Source: Podarcis filfolensis
Lineage: Eukaryota
Reading direction: 5' to 3' (one strand)
NCBI GenBank assembly: GCA_964270895.1
Contig: OZ185435.1
DNA length: 64,000 bases
Below the pieces are notes generated by a model, which worked only from the letters and a program-made list of their open reading frames with translations, searched no databases and was not told where the DNA came from. Position numbers and translations under genes: made by a program. Of the stretch, positions 10,422 to 23,773 are shown one piece after another; positions within the stretch are counted from its first letter, which is position 1, and each line of letters opens with the position of its first letter.

Positions 10422-13400
10422 TACAAGCTACTATCACACCGCAGTTTGGTTGAGGGTGGCATTACTACTTTGGAATTTCCCTGTCAGATGGGTGGAACAC
10501 CCGTCCGTTGAGACCAAGTTAACTACTGACTCAGCTAAATGGTATACTGCACAGTGTCTCTTCATTGGCCTGGTGCAACTTTGAATGTGTTCTATCAAAG
10601 AGAAACAACAATATTAAATACAGTATTAGCTAAATACATAAACTATTTGACTGTAACATAATGTCAGGTGTGAAGGAAGAAAGGATGTGGCTACAAAGGA
10701 AAAATCAGGAGCATTCAGTGAACTACTGGTTCTTCCTTTGCAAGGGTTTTTTTGTTTTGTTTTGTTTTTTTGCTGACAGCACAGATCAGCTGCAAACAGC
10801 TTTCGATTGGTTACAAATGGACGTCAAAGGGTCTCACTGTAACTCTGAAGACACTCTCAGTCCCCATTAGCCCCTTCAAACTCTGACAGATCTAAACACA
10901 CACATACCTACATTGAAACACACATAAATTTGCAGCTAGATTTACGTCTTCCACTGAAGAGCTACAGACCAAAGAGTACATGCACCTCTTTGGCCTTTGG
11001 ATTAAAAAGGCACATTTGCACCTATTAGTGCAATGGAATCCCTGCTGGTGTGGGCTTTTGCTATTGTCCTCAATTTCCATTTCTTTCTTAAAATGGCGAA
11101 GACTACATTTTAAAAAAAGAAAGAAAAAAAGAGAAGCAAATCTACATGTTGTTCACTTTCATTTGAGAACTGAAGGAGGAACAGGTGTGCAACGCAGCAA
11201 ATGCCCTAAAGCTGTATCTTTGTAGAATGGAAACCATTCATTCCTCATTTGGTGTGGGCGTGTGCACATATGTCCACACCCATGAAATAAGTTGTGGCCT
11301 CTGCAGCATATGCACTCTATGTATGAAATATATACCCTGTCCTTCCTTACAAAACTGCCCAGAAGGGAGTGGGAGCTATCATTCGTTAAATTTGTATCTG
11401 AACTTTCTACCCAATACCAGGGTTGGGGACTTCTTTCAGTCCAGGGACTGCATTCCCTTGTAACTGCTTAGGGGGAGGGGCATATGCCAGGGTTGGGCCA
11501 AAGCTATATACACAAATACACACCCCATTCACAGTGATCTACATATGCATGCCCCATTCATACCCACCCACTTATCCCCACACTATTCCCATTCACACAC
11601 TTGCACCTCCATTCATATGCATACCCCTCCACAATTCGATTCACACAAATCCATACATCCTGGTCACATTTCATTTTGGGATGCTGAGAAATGAGCTTCC
11701 CTTTTCTCAGCTCAGAAATGCAGCAAGCTGCTAATGGAAGCAGTGGGACTCTGTAGCCGTTGCATCTCTTCCCTCATTGCTCCCTTGTTCCTCATGATCA
11801 GCGTTTTAGGGAGGGGAGTGGGATAGGAGAGATTAGAGAAAACGAGGTTTGAACCTCCCTGCAATCTCCCACCTCCTTTGCCACCACTCAGCTGACTGGC
11901 AGAAGCAGCTGAGCAATGGGAGAAATGTGGCTGCATAGGAGAGGTCAGCAGGGCAGATGGAGAGGCCAAGGGGCTGCATCCAGCCCATAGGTCCTGCTTT
12001 AAATGGCACACATCAGTTTTGAAAGATTTTGTGCGCTGCAGTATCTGGTCCCAATTTACAACCATCAGTTTTTGCCAGTGCAAACAGAAGGCAGAACGAA
12101 CTTGCAAAGGGCCTTGAATGCTGGGCGCTTGGGATGGAAGAACAGTGGACCTTTCCATGCAAAAGAGCTGACACATCCCTCCATCTGTTCTGCATAAGCC
12201 CATGTCCTGTTGTGGAGGTATTTCAAGGGTGTCTTTAGGGCTTGGGTTAATTTTTATTTCCTCCCACCTGCAGAAAACAGCTGCCTCTCTCTCCCTCTCC
12301 CATAGAGAGAGGAAGCCACGTAAAAATTGCCTAAAGTAGGATCTGTGTGCCAAAAACCTAAACTTTAAATACTTCTCCTTTGGGACATTCCACAGCTCAG
12401 CTCAGGTGTTAGGCATAACCAGGACTGTTTGCCTTTTCTAACCCATCAACTCTGGCAGATTTGCGGTATTGTTTTTCTGTCTAGAAAAGCAGTTAATAGT
12501 TCTGAAACTGACTGACACATGTGATAGGCAGGTTTATAGGTACAGTAAGTGATTCCGCTCCCCCTTAAAAAAAATACTTTTTTAAAAAAAAAAATCCCTG
12601 GAACATTACACTGGTCAGAGTATCCCTGAATGATCAGACCAAAGGGATTTCTCCAGCTTATGCACCAGGGCTTGCAGATATGTTTTTAATTGTCAGGCAG
12701 GGAAATGTAATTACTAATTTAAGTCCATGATCCTGCCAGATGCTTCACAGGATGGGGAATTCTTCATTCATAATAACAAGGACCTGAACTTATGTACCAT
12801 CTAGAATTTATGAACTGGGAATCTTCACAGTGTGGTATAAAATTCCCTCAGCAGGGAAGCAAATTTGCCTATGTAAGTGTTTTCATAGAGGTTCATAAAT
12901 CATGTCATTGTTATAAGTGCATTACATAACTCATATACATAACTACTAAGTGTTGCTGATGGATATGGGGAAACTACTGTCAGGACCATGTGACATTCTT
13001 GTTAATCCAACTTTGTGTATTTCTCCATGCTATGGAGAGCAAGGCAAATTTAACTTTTCCCCCTTGGCATCTAGGAAGGCAGATACTGTGTACCAAAAAC
13101 ATTGGATGGGTTTCTCTAAAATAGGCCTGCACAAAGGATGACCTACATAGCCAAATAAACCCACCAGGCATATGCTGTGGTTTAACAAGCCACACCCAAC
13201 TCCAATCCTGCAATCGCTGGTTGACAGCAAGAACAGAAGTATTATCAAGCCCCAAGTAGGCTGCCCTACATGGCTAGAGGGCTTCACTAAGCTTAGCAGG
13301 CCGTAAGTTGCGCAGTTCTGCTATCTTAACTGCAGAACTTTTATACAATAATAACAGAGCCTTGTGGCATCTTCAAAATCAGCAAACAGTCTTCAAGGAT

Positions 13401-13963
13401 TTGCAAGGCTCTTTACTGTTTTTTGCTGTAACTAGCTAGCACAGCCAACACTTTGGAAATTTATGAACAACTGTGAACCTCCTTGTCTGGCGGACAACGA
13501 GAAGGAGAGTGTAGCAGACAGTACAGGGCTCTGCTGCTATGGTTTATGCTGACATTCAGAAATTGTGGCTCCTCTTCACCACTTGCTGGTAGCTAATGAC
13601 TCTAACCATAATCGATCCCCCCCAAGAGTTGCAAAACTTAGCTGTTGTGATGATAATTATCATGGACGAATGCATACTTATTGGTGACACTGTGAGAAAT
13701 TTACAGCAAGCAGAGATGAAAGGTGATGGGGGAAGAAGCCAAGACTGGCAGACAGATAGAAACGAGAAAGTGAAGGGGTGATTAAAATGGTGGTGGGTGT
13801 TGGGAAGCTGAGAACGGTTTGACCGACTGCCTCTTAAGTCTGGCTTTGCCCAAGCCACCCACCAATGCCCCCCTCTCCCATCCCCTGCCATGGAACTTAC
13901 GTAGGTTACTGTAAGGGGTTTGTGGTGAGACAGGGAAGGCAGGGGTTGGGGGAGAGGTCTCAC

Positions 13964-14039
13964 CACCACTGGAAGGTGGACTGCTTGGAGAGGTCCCCTG
14001 CATCTCTTCAAAGGCCTCTTTGTAACTGTGGAGATGGGG
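13964..14039 (-). CDS. TNS1: Tensin-1 coding exon: [25 protein letters not shown] (extendable to 13901 via a second donor)
   Basis: 76 nt; acceptor ccttttttacag|CCC; donor GGT G|gtgaga; second in-frame donor CTA C|gtaagt at 13901/13900. Confidence 0.95.
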
Positions 14040-14949
14040 CTGTAAAAAAGGGAAAGTAGAATCAGTTATCAAAATTCAGGACCTTCCTGACCTCTCCCCC
14101 ACAAATTGGGGCAGGAGAAATGCCTGCCTTCTCTTTGCCAGATGCTTCCCCCATCTCCTGCCTGGTCTGGCTGCAATTTTAAACTGCTTGCTCCTATGCT
14201 TCCTTTTCTTGCCTTTATGTCCCTTTCTCCCGCTCCTAATTTCAGAAAACATTCTGCTTCCGTAGTTGGCTTCCGTTCCCCATACTGTCAGAAACAGCTC
14301 CTACAGATGACCCGTTAACTGAGCATTCATAATAATTTGCTTTACTGAGTATTCATTCTGATTCATTTGCATCTTCCTGTCAGTCATTGATCCCACATTT
14401 TCAGTGCACTTCCCTGTCACTTTCCTAATTGCAAAAGTCCATTCCCAAAATTAAAAAGTGGATTTGTGGCACTAGTGCAATAGAGAACTTTCAACCACTT
14501 TGATTGCACAAGTTTAAATTTCCAGCATGCACTTGAATCTGTCCCGGAATATAGTGGCGTTCCAGAGGCTTCCAGCAAGTGGCCGGAATAGGAGGGACTG
14601 ATGGTGGCTCTTCCCAGTTTCAGCAACACAGGTTGCAACTAGTATTCCATCATGTTGGACATGAGAACAACCATGGACATTTCTGAGTCCCAAACCATTG
14701 CAACCTCTTCCAAAACTGAAGAAGCAATTTCCACCCAAGGAATACTTAGGGAGGCCTACTAATACATGTGCCATTTACCTAATCCATTCTACATCCAAAT
14801 TAAATTCATTGCCCTTCCCAACCCTGGCCCTTCCCTACCTACTATCAAGCGCTGGCGTCAAAGAGACATATATCCCCTCTGTGTTTCCATGCATGCAAGC
14901 AGCAAGGTCAGAAGAGAAAATAGTGTTTTAATAGGAAAAAGAAAAGCAC

Positions 14950-15149
14950 CTCCTTGGGCCTTCCTCCAGGGTTGGCTGCGATGGTGCTGACCACCTCCGG
15001 TGAGACACAGTGAACTGGAGAACGAACTGTGGGGCTTCGTGGTGAACTAGGATCCTGGGGACTGTTCTCATACTGGCCTTCACTGGTGGTACGTCTCCGT
15101 ACAGGGGCTTCAGCTTCTTCTGGTGACTTCTCCCGTGGCGACTGTACTC
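14950..15149 (-). CDS. TNS1: Tensin-1 coding exon: (G)[66 protein letters not shown]
   Basis: 200 nt; acceptor gaactttcag|GA GTA; donor AAG GAG|gtgctt; matches TNS1 RRRxxSxGQYEN and NPGGRPKE blocks. Confidence 0.95.
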
Positions 15150-16150
15150 CTGAAAGTTCAACTGCACTGTGAGAAAAGTGGCATTCCAAGCACAGGAAGA
15201 GCTTCAATACATTTAGAAAGTCTTTATGAGCCAATATTCAGATCTTTGGGCTGTGTCTTGGCTTTGGAAAGAAACTGAATCAATTAATCAGGAGAGGGGA
15301 AATGGGCAAATCCATCACTTTCCACCAGCGGATTATAGTGAAAACCAAACCAAACCCAACAAGCACAACTCAGAATTGTGACAACCCGGTTCATACATTT
15401 AAAAATCCCTGCATAATGAAGCAGCTGCATTGGAGAAAGCATAGAGTTCATGCTGAAGCCAAAAATCCCCAAGATGCCCTGTTCATTTCCTTCCTCGCCT
15501 CCTGAGCTGGGCTTCTGGAGGATAAGACGTTGGTGTGGATGCCCTGCATCGTATTTTACTTCTCTTACCTGGCTGTAACAGGTGTGTGCATGTGATCTGT
15601 GTGTAGGATTTATTAACATGAACCAAAGCACTGATTTACGTAGGGTGTACTTAGAGCAGGCAAACTTAACAGCCTGATTACTTTTTTCCTTCCATTCACC
15701 CAATATTACCACATATTCTTAGGCAACTTAAGTCTTCTCCACCACAGTAATATATTCCCCTCCTTGTCTTCAGGCCTTCCTCCTTCTCCCTGCTCCAACA
15801 TTTCCATACAATGACCCAGGAAGCAGTTGGCAGGAGAAGGCAGATACAGGTCAAGAGAAAAGCCAGCTCAAGGAATTGGAAGGGATCCTCATATACAATC
15901 CTTTCCACGCCACACTGAGCCAGAAGCAGGGTGTGTGTGCTGGGGGGGGGAATAGGTCCAGGAGACTCAAGCAGCTGAGCAAAGCCACACACTGAAGGGG
16001 AAAGGAAGGGGGAGAAACCCCAAGGCCACGGGCTAACGTGGTCCAGAAAAGAGATCGAAGGCTGCTTGCTATTCTTGTCTTCTTCAACTTTCAGAGTCAA
16101 TCTAAGGCAACAGAGAGGAAAGTTCAAGTCTCTGAAGATATATGCTTTTT

Positions 16151-16350
16151 GTGTGGTGCAGTGGTTAGAGTGCTGGGCTAGAACCTGAGAGACCAGGGTT
16201 CAAATCTCCACTTAGTCATGAGGCTTGGTGGGTGCGTGGCAGTTTCTTAGCCTAACCCACCTCACAGGGTTGTTGTAAATTAGGAGGAGAACCATGTATG
16301 CTACCCTGAGCTCCTGGGAAGAAAGGTAGGGTATAAATGTAACAATAAAT
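16151..16350 (+). mobile_element. Older tRNA-derived SINE (Squam3/MIR-like)
   Basis: gtggtgcagtggttagag A box, gggttcaaatc B box, cctcacagggttgttg core, aataaat tail. Confidence 0.7.
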
Positions 16351-16677
16351 TATAATTTAATTGGCTCTTATTCCCCCTAACAGTATACGCTCCCTGGATT
16401 AATTATGGGAAATGTTGATTGATGTGGGTGCTGATAAATTTTTCTTAGTGGTCTGGGGGGGGGTGCATACACACACACAGACACACACACCCATCCCTAG
16501 TCTATTAAACTTGTTTATGAACGTGATGCTGCCAAAAATTGGAACGGAGGGTTCAGAGTGCAAACTTCCCTAATTTGGAACTTCTGAACTAATCACAAAC
16601 ATTTCCACACTTTGGGCTTGGCTTGCAATGAGCTTTCCTCTGGCTGCCACCACCATAGGCCTCTCCCCTTTCCTGCT

Positions 16678-16724
16678 GAAACTTACTTGTTAGCATAGAG
16701 AAACTTACTTGTTAGCATAGAGAA
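16678..16724. repeat. Exact 22-bp tandem duplication
   Basis: gaaacttacttgttagcataga x2. Confidence 0.95.
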
Positions 16725-16948
16725 GACTTGCTGCTGCAGCCATTATTGGGCCCTGGAGCACGGCAGCAGCATTGTGGGTGCCAAGACACCTGGGAAATGT
16801 AGCTCCGTTACTGAGAAGCCCAAGCAAAGCTCAGGTAATGGTTGCTGCAACCTTTTAAACCCTATTCAAGGTTGCTGCAGTGGTTACTGCAACGAGGGGG
16901 GGGGGGGCTCATTGGGAGATCTTCAGGCTTCATTGAGTTCCCAGTGAT

Positions 16949-17348
16949 TAGGGATGGGCAAATCTGTCAATTTTGCTTCCTCTCAGTTTCTCATTTATCC
17001 AGGCTTGATATCACGTTCTCCACCTTTCCATGCCAATTTGTGATTATTACTATTATTTAAGTCCTCATGCAGATTCATCAGCACTTTAGGGTGGATTTCT
17101 CCTCTTACACACTTTTTTGTTTTGTAAAGCGATTGATCCTGAAATTATGCATTCTGTATGTTATTTTCCACTAATATATGCACTTATGTGCACACTTTGC
17201 ATTAGTATGTGCATTTTTGTACACATTACTTGGCAGGAGAAGCACACTGCAAAATTCAGAGAAGTGCAGATTTCAAAAGACGGTTGTGTTTTGCTTTGTG
17301 CATTGTTTTGAAAATTGTGAACTGAATCAAATTTCTTTCCCATCCCTA
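16949..17348 (+). mobile_element. Non-autonomous hAT-like element with TAGGGATGGG TIRs
   Basis: TAGGGATGGG...CCCATCCCTA; degenerate 8-bp flanks ccagtgat/ccaatggc; homologous to 62516-63623. Confidence 0.8.
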
Positions 17349-20300
17349 CCAATGGCATCACTGGGAGTGCAAGAAGACTCAGAACTGTGACTGGGCTATA
17401 GCTAAGAATGAGCTCAGCTTGGGCCTGTTCTAATCAAATCCAAATTAGTTTGTTTTAGGTGAGCCTGCTCCAAACTGAGATTGAAGTCTGTGGTACAGAT
17501 AAACACCTTAAGATGTCTAGCGGTGCAGATGTGCCCTGATGTCAACCTGAGTCTCTGATTTCAACTGATGCATAACAGTGAAATCCTGAAAGTCATCTGC
17601 AGCAATGGATTTTGTTAACATGAAAACTTTGTAGCTGGGAACAGCACCTGCAACATTTCAAATTGTGCCCTGCAGCTGTGAAACGAAACAGCAGTGCCAG
17701 GGAACAGAGGCAGTCACAGCAAGCAAGAGACACCAAACTCTCATCAGTTGTGAAGCTGTGTTTGTTGCAGTGCCTGGACTTCTTTCTTTCTTCTTTTCCT
17801 TAAAGAAACCTGCCAGAGGGAGGGGTCTCGTTCACTAAATGGGGTAAGCTCGCTCCACCTCATTTACTTAAGATTTGCAGATGTAAGCTTCATGTCAGCA
17901 CATTTAAACCCCAACTGGGGAAAAGAGCCCACTTATTTTATATAAGCAGCAATGAATGAATTCCCTCCTTCCTGCACCCAACTCACAAACACATTTGAAT
18001 GATTAAAAAAAAATTTTTTTAAAGGCACTGGTCCCGGGGAGATGTCCTTTAAAAGTTTCTAAAACTCATGGGGCTTTGGGGCTGCTTTTGAGTCTCTTGG
18101 CTAATCTGGATCTCTCCCTGATTAGTAACAGCTATGCCATTTTCTCAGCTGCAGAGAGTCTTGCTTTTCACACAGCTGAAAGAAAAGGGAAGTTTCTTTT
18201 CTTTTTCTTTAAAGGAGGGAAAGAACAGGAATGCACAGATTTTGGGCAGCATTCTGAGATTCCCAAAACAGAAACCCACTTGGGAGGAGAAAGAGGAGGA
18301 AGCCAGAATCCATGGCAACAGAAGCAACCACAATACAACATCCGGAACTAAGGGAAATCCATTGATGAAAGGAGCAGTGAGCTCAAGCAGCACCACACAC
18401 AAAACTCTTTAAAGTAAAGCAGCAGCATTTTGTGTGTGTGTAAAAACAGGGACAAGCGGTGCTAAGGCTGAACTAACAGGTTCAAGTCCAGTGACTGCAT
18501 AGCTCACTGGCCCCCAAGCATTCCAAAAGACTCCCCCCAAGATAGGAAGTGAATGGCTGCACAGACAGACAAGGCTCTAGCAGCCCACCATTTTGATTTT
18601 AACAATTGCTAAGCCCAGGACAGTAGCGGCAGGGAGCTAAGCCACCCCTTTGGGGGTGCAGGACCAATGAGAGAAGCAAGGTTAGTAGGCTAAGGGAACT
18701 TGGCTCATCCTCTTGCTACAGTGATGCTCTCATTGGGCCTATGACCATGAGGCTGGCCTCTGCCTGGAAAAGCTCACTGTCACTCTCACCCTGGGGTTAG
18801 TACTTTTAAAAAAAAAATGGTGGGCAGTTTAAGCCTTAGAGTGATTGGCTGGTGCAGCACCACTTTGTAGCATGTGCCAGCCAACAACTTTGTCCTCATC
18901 TGCCTCCTACCTATCCAGCCACTCAGGGAGGGAGAAATGTACGGCTGCCACCAAGGCAACCATGACAGCAAAAGTAAAAGAAGTCAAGGTAGAGCACCAG
19001 GGAGGGAGAAAAGCAGAGTGCCCAGAGGGCCCCCCCCACCTCAAACCAGGTAGTGCCTCTAAGGGAGACAAATCCCTTTCTGCAAGGACTGTTACCTGTC
19101 TGGTTTTAAACCCCAAAATATTTCAGTCATTTTTCAAGTTAAGCTTCAGCAGTTAAGTTTCAAGATCATCCTCATTTCAGTGAACTAATATATGCAAAGT
19201 GTGTATATTATCCCTCCCTGCAGCCTTGTCACTGGAGAGGCACAAGATTTCTCCTATAGAATTGCAGAAGTGGAAGGGATCCAGTGAGCAGCATCTGGAT
19301 CTAGATCTATCAGGCCTCTGGGAGTGGAAGTGGGTGGTTCCAGTTATCGCCACACTGTGTTGTCTTCCTTGAACTTCCTTGAATGTTTGAAGCTGGGGAT
19401 AATGCATTTTCGGGGATAATACCCCCTTCTGTTCATACTCCCATCCTTTGGCATCAACAAGCAGGAGATGCATGGAAGTTGGCTTCCTTTCTAAAACCCT
19501 TAATCCCTATTGAATCATACTTTCTTGCAGTTGCTGGCATAAGCCTGAAGGCCAACACAAGCCCTTTGCAACTTTTAAGTTTTATCCCGAACACAATGAG
19601 CACAACATACAAGCAAGATGCCAGCTGTCGGTACCAGGAGACCTTGAGGAAAGGCACGAGTCTGTTCGCTGAGAAGCGAAAGGAGCATGGCACACAGGAG
19701 GGGGAAGGAGGGGAAGAGAGCAAGAAAGCAACAGCCTTGCTGGATGCTTGAGTGGGAAACTCATTGGGAAGCAGTGAGATACGGGCAAAGGTCAGTGCCA
19801 ATTGCAATGTGGGCAAAACTCAGACTGATACTGCTAATGTGCGCAGAGAAAGAAGCCATTGCTCTCTGATTCAAGGCATTCCATATAACTCCCACACCCA
19901 GAGAATGGCTGCCATAGTTCCCTCTGTATTGCTGCTGCACGCACATTTCAAACGTCTTCCGCCCTAGGCTTCAAAACCTTTGCACCAAACTTTAGAAACC
20001 CTCCACTTCCTCTGGCCTTTTTATTATATGCCTTATTTCCTTCTTCTCTTTAAAGCAGGCAGAGGGAGGGGAGGAAGAAGGCGACCAGTGTTTTCAGAGC
20101 CAAGAGTGGTCACACCTTGGCTCAGGGTGACCAGGCTCCCTGGAATGGCTGAGGAGCAGGAAAAGCTGGGCACTAGCAACAGCGCTGCTCAACAAAATTA
20201 TCTCTCTGGCACTGTCCTCCTCCTGTGCTATATTTACTAGGAAAACTCTAAGCTGAGAAGATACAGAGTGTCCCTTCCCTAGAGTGAGGCTACCATCTTC

Positions 20301-20679
20301 TGTAACCTGCAGCCAAGTTCTTCAGCCACACAGGGGAGGATTAGTTCCTTCCCAGCATTAATGGAATCCAGCAACAAGCAAGTGCCATCATGAAACTTTG
20401 GATCACAGGACAGCTTCAAGGTGACTCATCAAGATGGCACTGGAAAACCCTTCCTACCGGGGCCAAGCTAGGCATGCCAGCACTGTTTACCTACCTGCAC
20501 TGTTCACCTACAACTCTAGGGAGAAAGGATCTATTATTCATATGAAGTGGAGGGGAGGGGAGCTGAACCATCTCCCCTCTTCTGTGTCTCTACCTCACAG
20601 TGTTTTCCCACTTGATGTACTACACTCAGGTCTGACACTAGAATTAAACTGGGCAGGTGGAACATTACTGAAAGCAATA

Positions 20680-20830
20680 GACCCTAGCTCAGCAGGTAAA
20701 AGATGTGCTTTGCATGCAGAAGATTCCAGACTCAATCCGAGGCATATCCATTTTAAAAAGGATAAGGTTGGGAGTTATGGGAAAGGCTCCTTCAGTCCCT
20801 GGATAGCTGCTGCCACTCAGACTAGCCTTC
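20680..20830 (+). mobile_element. Diverged Squam2-like SINE followed by a palindromic MITE remnant (to about 20925)
   Basis: ctagctcag...gctttgcatgcagaagattccagactcaatcc...ccctggatagctgctgcc; then ccaggtattgttggac...gtccaacaacatctg. Confidence 0.55.
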
Positions 20831-23686
20831 CAGGTATTGTTGGACAACAGCTCCCATCGGCTCCAGCCAGCATGGCAAAAGGTCAGGAATGACTGGGGTT
20901 GCAGTCCAACAACATCTGAGCAGCATACACTCACATATGCATTTATAGACATGTAAATGTAAGTAAATTCATAGCTTTGCTATTTGAATGCATGGCAAGT
21001 TCCTTCTGATGCTTAATTAAGCATTCTGGGTAAACTGCACACTATTACACCCAATGGCCCAGGGAAAACCATACCTTACTTTCTTTTTACCATTCAACTG
21101 CAAAGAAAGCATAGTCAGTTGATGCACTATAGTACATAAGAACAGCACTGCTACATTAGCCAAGGGTCCATCTAACTGATTGTTTGCAATAGGAGTCAGG
21201 CAGGTGCTTTTGGGAAGCCACCAGGCAGGACATGAAGGTAGCAGCTCTCCCCTACTCTTGGTCCCCCAACAACTGGTATTCAGCCATAGGCTGCCTCTAG
21301 ACATTTCCAGGTAGCTGTACAATGACTGAGTGAATCTTATGTTATATTACTTGACTCTGCAAGGATTCAGACAGCATATTTTATTTTTCAATTTGTATCT
21401 TTCCTTTTGTGTGGGCAATACTTGTATCAAAACTTCCTCTGGCATTTTGGAGGCGATGCCAAAGGAATATTCCAACAGCAACTCCTCCACTCTCAAACTG
21501 AAAGATTATTCACAAGAAATGAGAACACAGAGGTTTAATTCACAAGCCCACTCTTCTGAACATAGGAAACATTCTTTCATTAAAATAGTTTAGAGTCTGG
21601 TTTCTTATTAATAGATTAACATCCAGAGGAACTTTATAGCCTAAGTTCAGAGATAGCAATCTTGGCCTGATAAACCATTGTTTTTTGGCTTGAGAATGAG
21701 CTGCGTGGCCTCACACTCCACAGTTTCCGGTGATATCTTCAGTTTAACATCTGCACACAAAACTGGTTCTTATGTCACAGAAAAGTGACAAGCCAGGGTA
21801 GAAGCACTGAAGGTGGGTGCACGAGGACAGAAGAAGGGAGGAGAGAAGGGAGTGTAAGAACACTCAGCTTGCTCTCAATGCAATAAACCATGGTTTATCA
21901 GAATAGACTTGTGGAATGTCATCTGGGCCTATTACAAGGATAGCCCAGAGCATGTCTCTAGGAACTCCCCAACAATATTAGTAAGTTCTCTCATTTAAAC
22001 TAAACAAATAAATACCTCTTTCAACTTTACGTTCCTGTAGGAACATTATATAAAGCAAGTGAGCATGAGGATCTTACACAACCCCAAAGCAGTGATTGTG
22101 TGCACAGGAGCCCATCCTTCTAGTCTGCTGCTCTCTTTTGAATGTGACATTCCATTAGAATTTGGGCATTGTATGCATAGACCACAGGTCACCATTTCAA
22201 GCAGGGACTATAAGCCAGAGTGACAGGATATCAAGCATACACCATGCTGCTGCATTAATCCTGAAGCAGTGTGAGCACAAGAGGCAATGTCTATGGGATA
22301 TTTTCTTGGGGGCCAGGGTGGGGGGTGGCAAAGGGCAGTGACCAAGTCAACTAAAGCACTGTGAAATTTAACAGGAGTACAAATTCCAAACCTGTAGGGA
22401 GAGAGGTGGGTGGATTCAGAAGAGCCAAGTATCCTGTATTGGGGCAAATGAAACACATAGAATAATAATAAAAAACAGCATCTTCTGTTGTAATGGCAAC
22501 CCATCCTTTTTTTGCAGGGGTATAGAGATGTCACACATCTGCAGTGATTTCAGAAGTAGTCGTAAGGCCACTGTGGAAATGGCTGTTAACTCTGATATAC
22601 TGAGGCTACCTGCACCAATGAAAGAGATCAGAAAACAAAACAAAACAAGCACCCAGGAGCCCTTGCTGAATATGAGGTTCCGGTGAAAACTCGTCTCTCC
22701 TCTTCTGGCTCCAAGACCTCATGTTCCATAAATACCAAACATGCAAGAGAGATGCTTTGGAACAACCACGTGTTTGAAATCCATCAAGAGGCTCCTTTCT
22801 CCAGAGCAACCTGCTGAGTCAGATTCCAAGAATTTACACACACACACACTTCACCCCTTCTGCTAGCCATGCTAGAAGCCCCTCTCCTGGTTCCAGTCAA
22901 TATCGCCAGCCACAGCAGAAAGATCTGAAGTAAAACACCCCAGCGATGCCTGTACAACACACATAGCCCCTAAATAAACCTTGGTGTGCTGGCCAAGCAC
23001 TGCAGTGAGTGATCATCCCATTCCTGGATTCTGGCCTTCCTTTCTGCCCCAACTTCCACCCATGCAAAAACCTCCCCTTGATGTTATGGAGACACCTGAC
23101 ATAGCACCAACAACAAAGCAGCGGTGAGTGTGGTGGCCACTGAGATAAACAAGCCCCCTCCCCCAATCCTTTTGCAAGTGACTTCTGGTTATACCACAGA
23201 TGAGCACCACACGTAGCAAATGAATCCACACACTGCAAGGAAAAGGAGGAGGAAGCACAACCAATGATTAAAAGATAAATATATAAGGAGCTTTTGGAGT
23301 TAGAGCAAGGCTGTAGAGTCCAAACCTGACAGGCCCCAAAACCAGGTCGGATCCTTCCCAGAATTCCCAACAGACACATTTTTTATCCACTGGGAATGCA
23401 CAGCTGTCACATGTGAGGAAAGGACCTGGCAGTATTGGAGGCAATCTCTAATGTGGGTGGGAAGCAGGAAATCACGTTTTCTTGCCTTTCCGCACACAAA
23501 TTAGGAGACAACCTTACTCTGGCACCATTTTGGTTTTTTCTGGCGCCATTTTGGAATGGACTCTCAACAGCCACCCCAGCTCTCTGTCCTGGTGTCCATG
23601 CAACAGCAAGGGAAACAGCAACCATGCAGGAGATCCACGGCAGGGGAGGCTGAAGAGAAAGGAGGACAAGCAGCAACAGAACAAAC

Positions 23687-23773
23687 CAGAAAAGGAGAAG
23701 GATCGCTGTCGGTGAAGAGGAGGATGGGGGCTTTTCATGCTCTTCCGGATGTCCCGGAGTTTGGCGTTGTACT
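23687..23773 (-). CDS. TNS1: Tensin-1 cassette exon (87 nt): (E)YNAKLRDIRKSMKSPHPPLHRQRSFSFS
   Basis: Acceptor tccccctgtcag|AG TAC; donor TCT G|gtttgt; symmetric phase 1/1, no stop, GC3-rich codons; about 190-nt AG-free zone upstream; two TGCATG downstream. Not in the canonical human/chicken sequences as I recall them. Confidence 0.8.

Noticed and set aside
12254-12267. Acceptor-like ttttctgcag| inside ORF 11712..12353
   Set aside because: Stop after four codons in the TNS1 phase; the ORF has no recognisable homology and overlaps MITE-like remnants.
21776-21862. Strong pyrimidine tract and ccttcag| at 21806
   Set aside because: In-frame TGA after ten codons and no matching donor.
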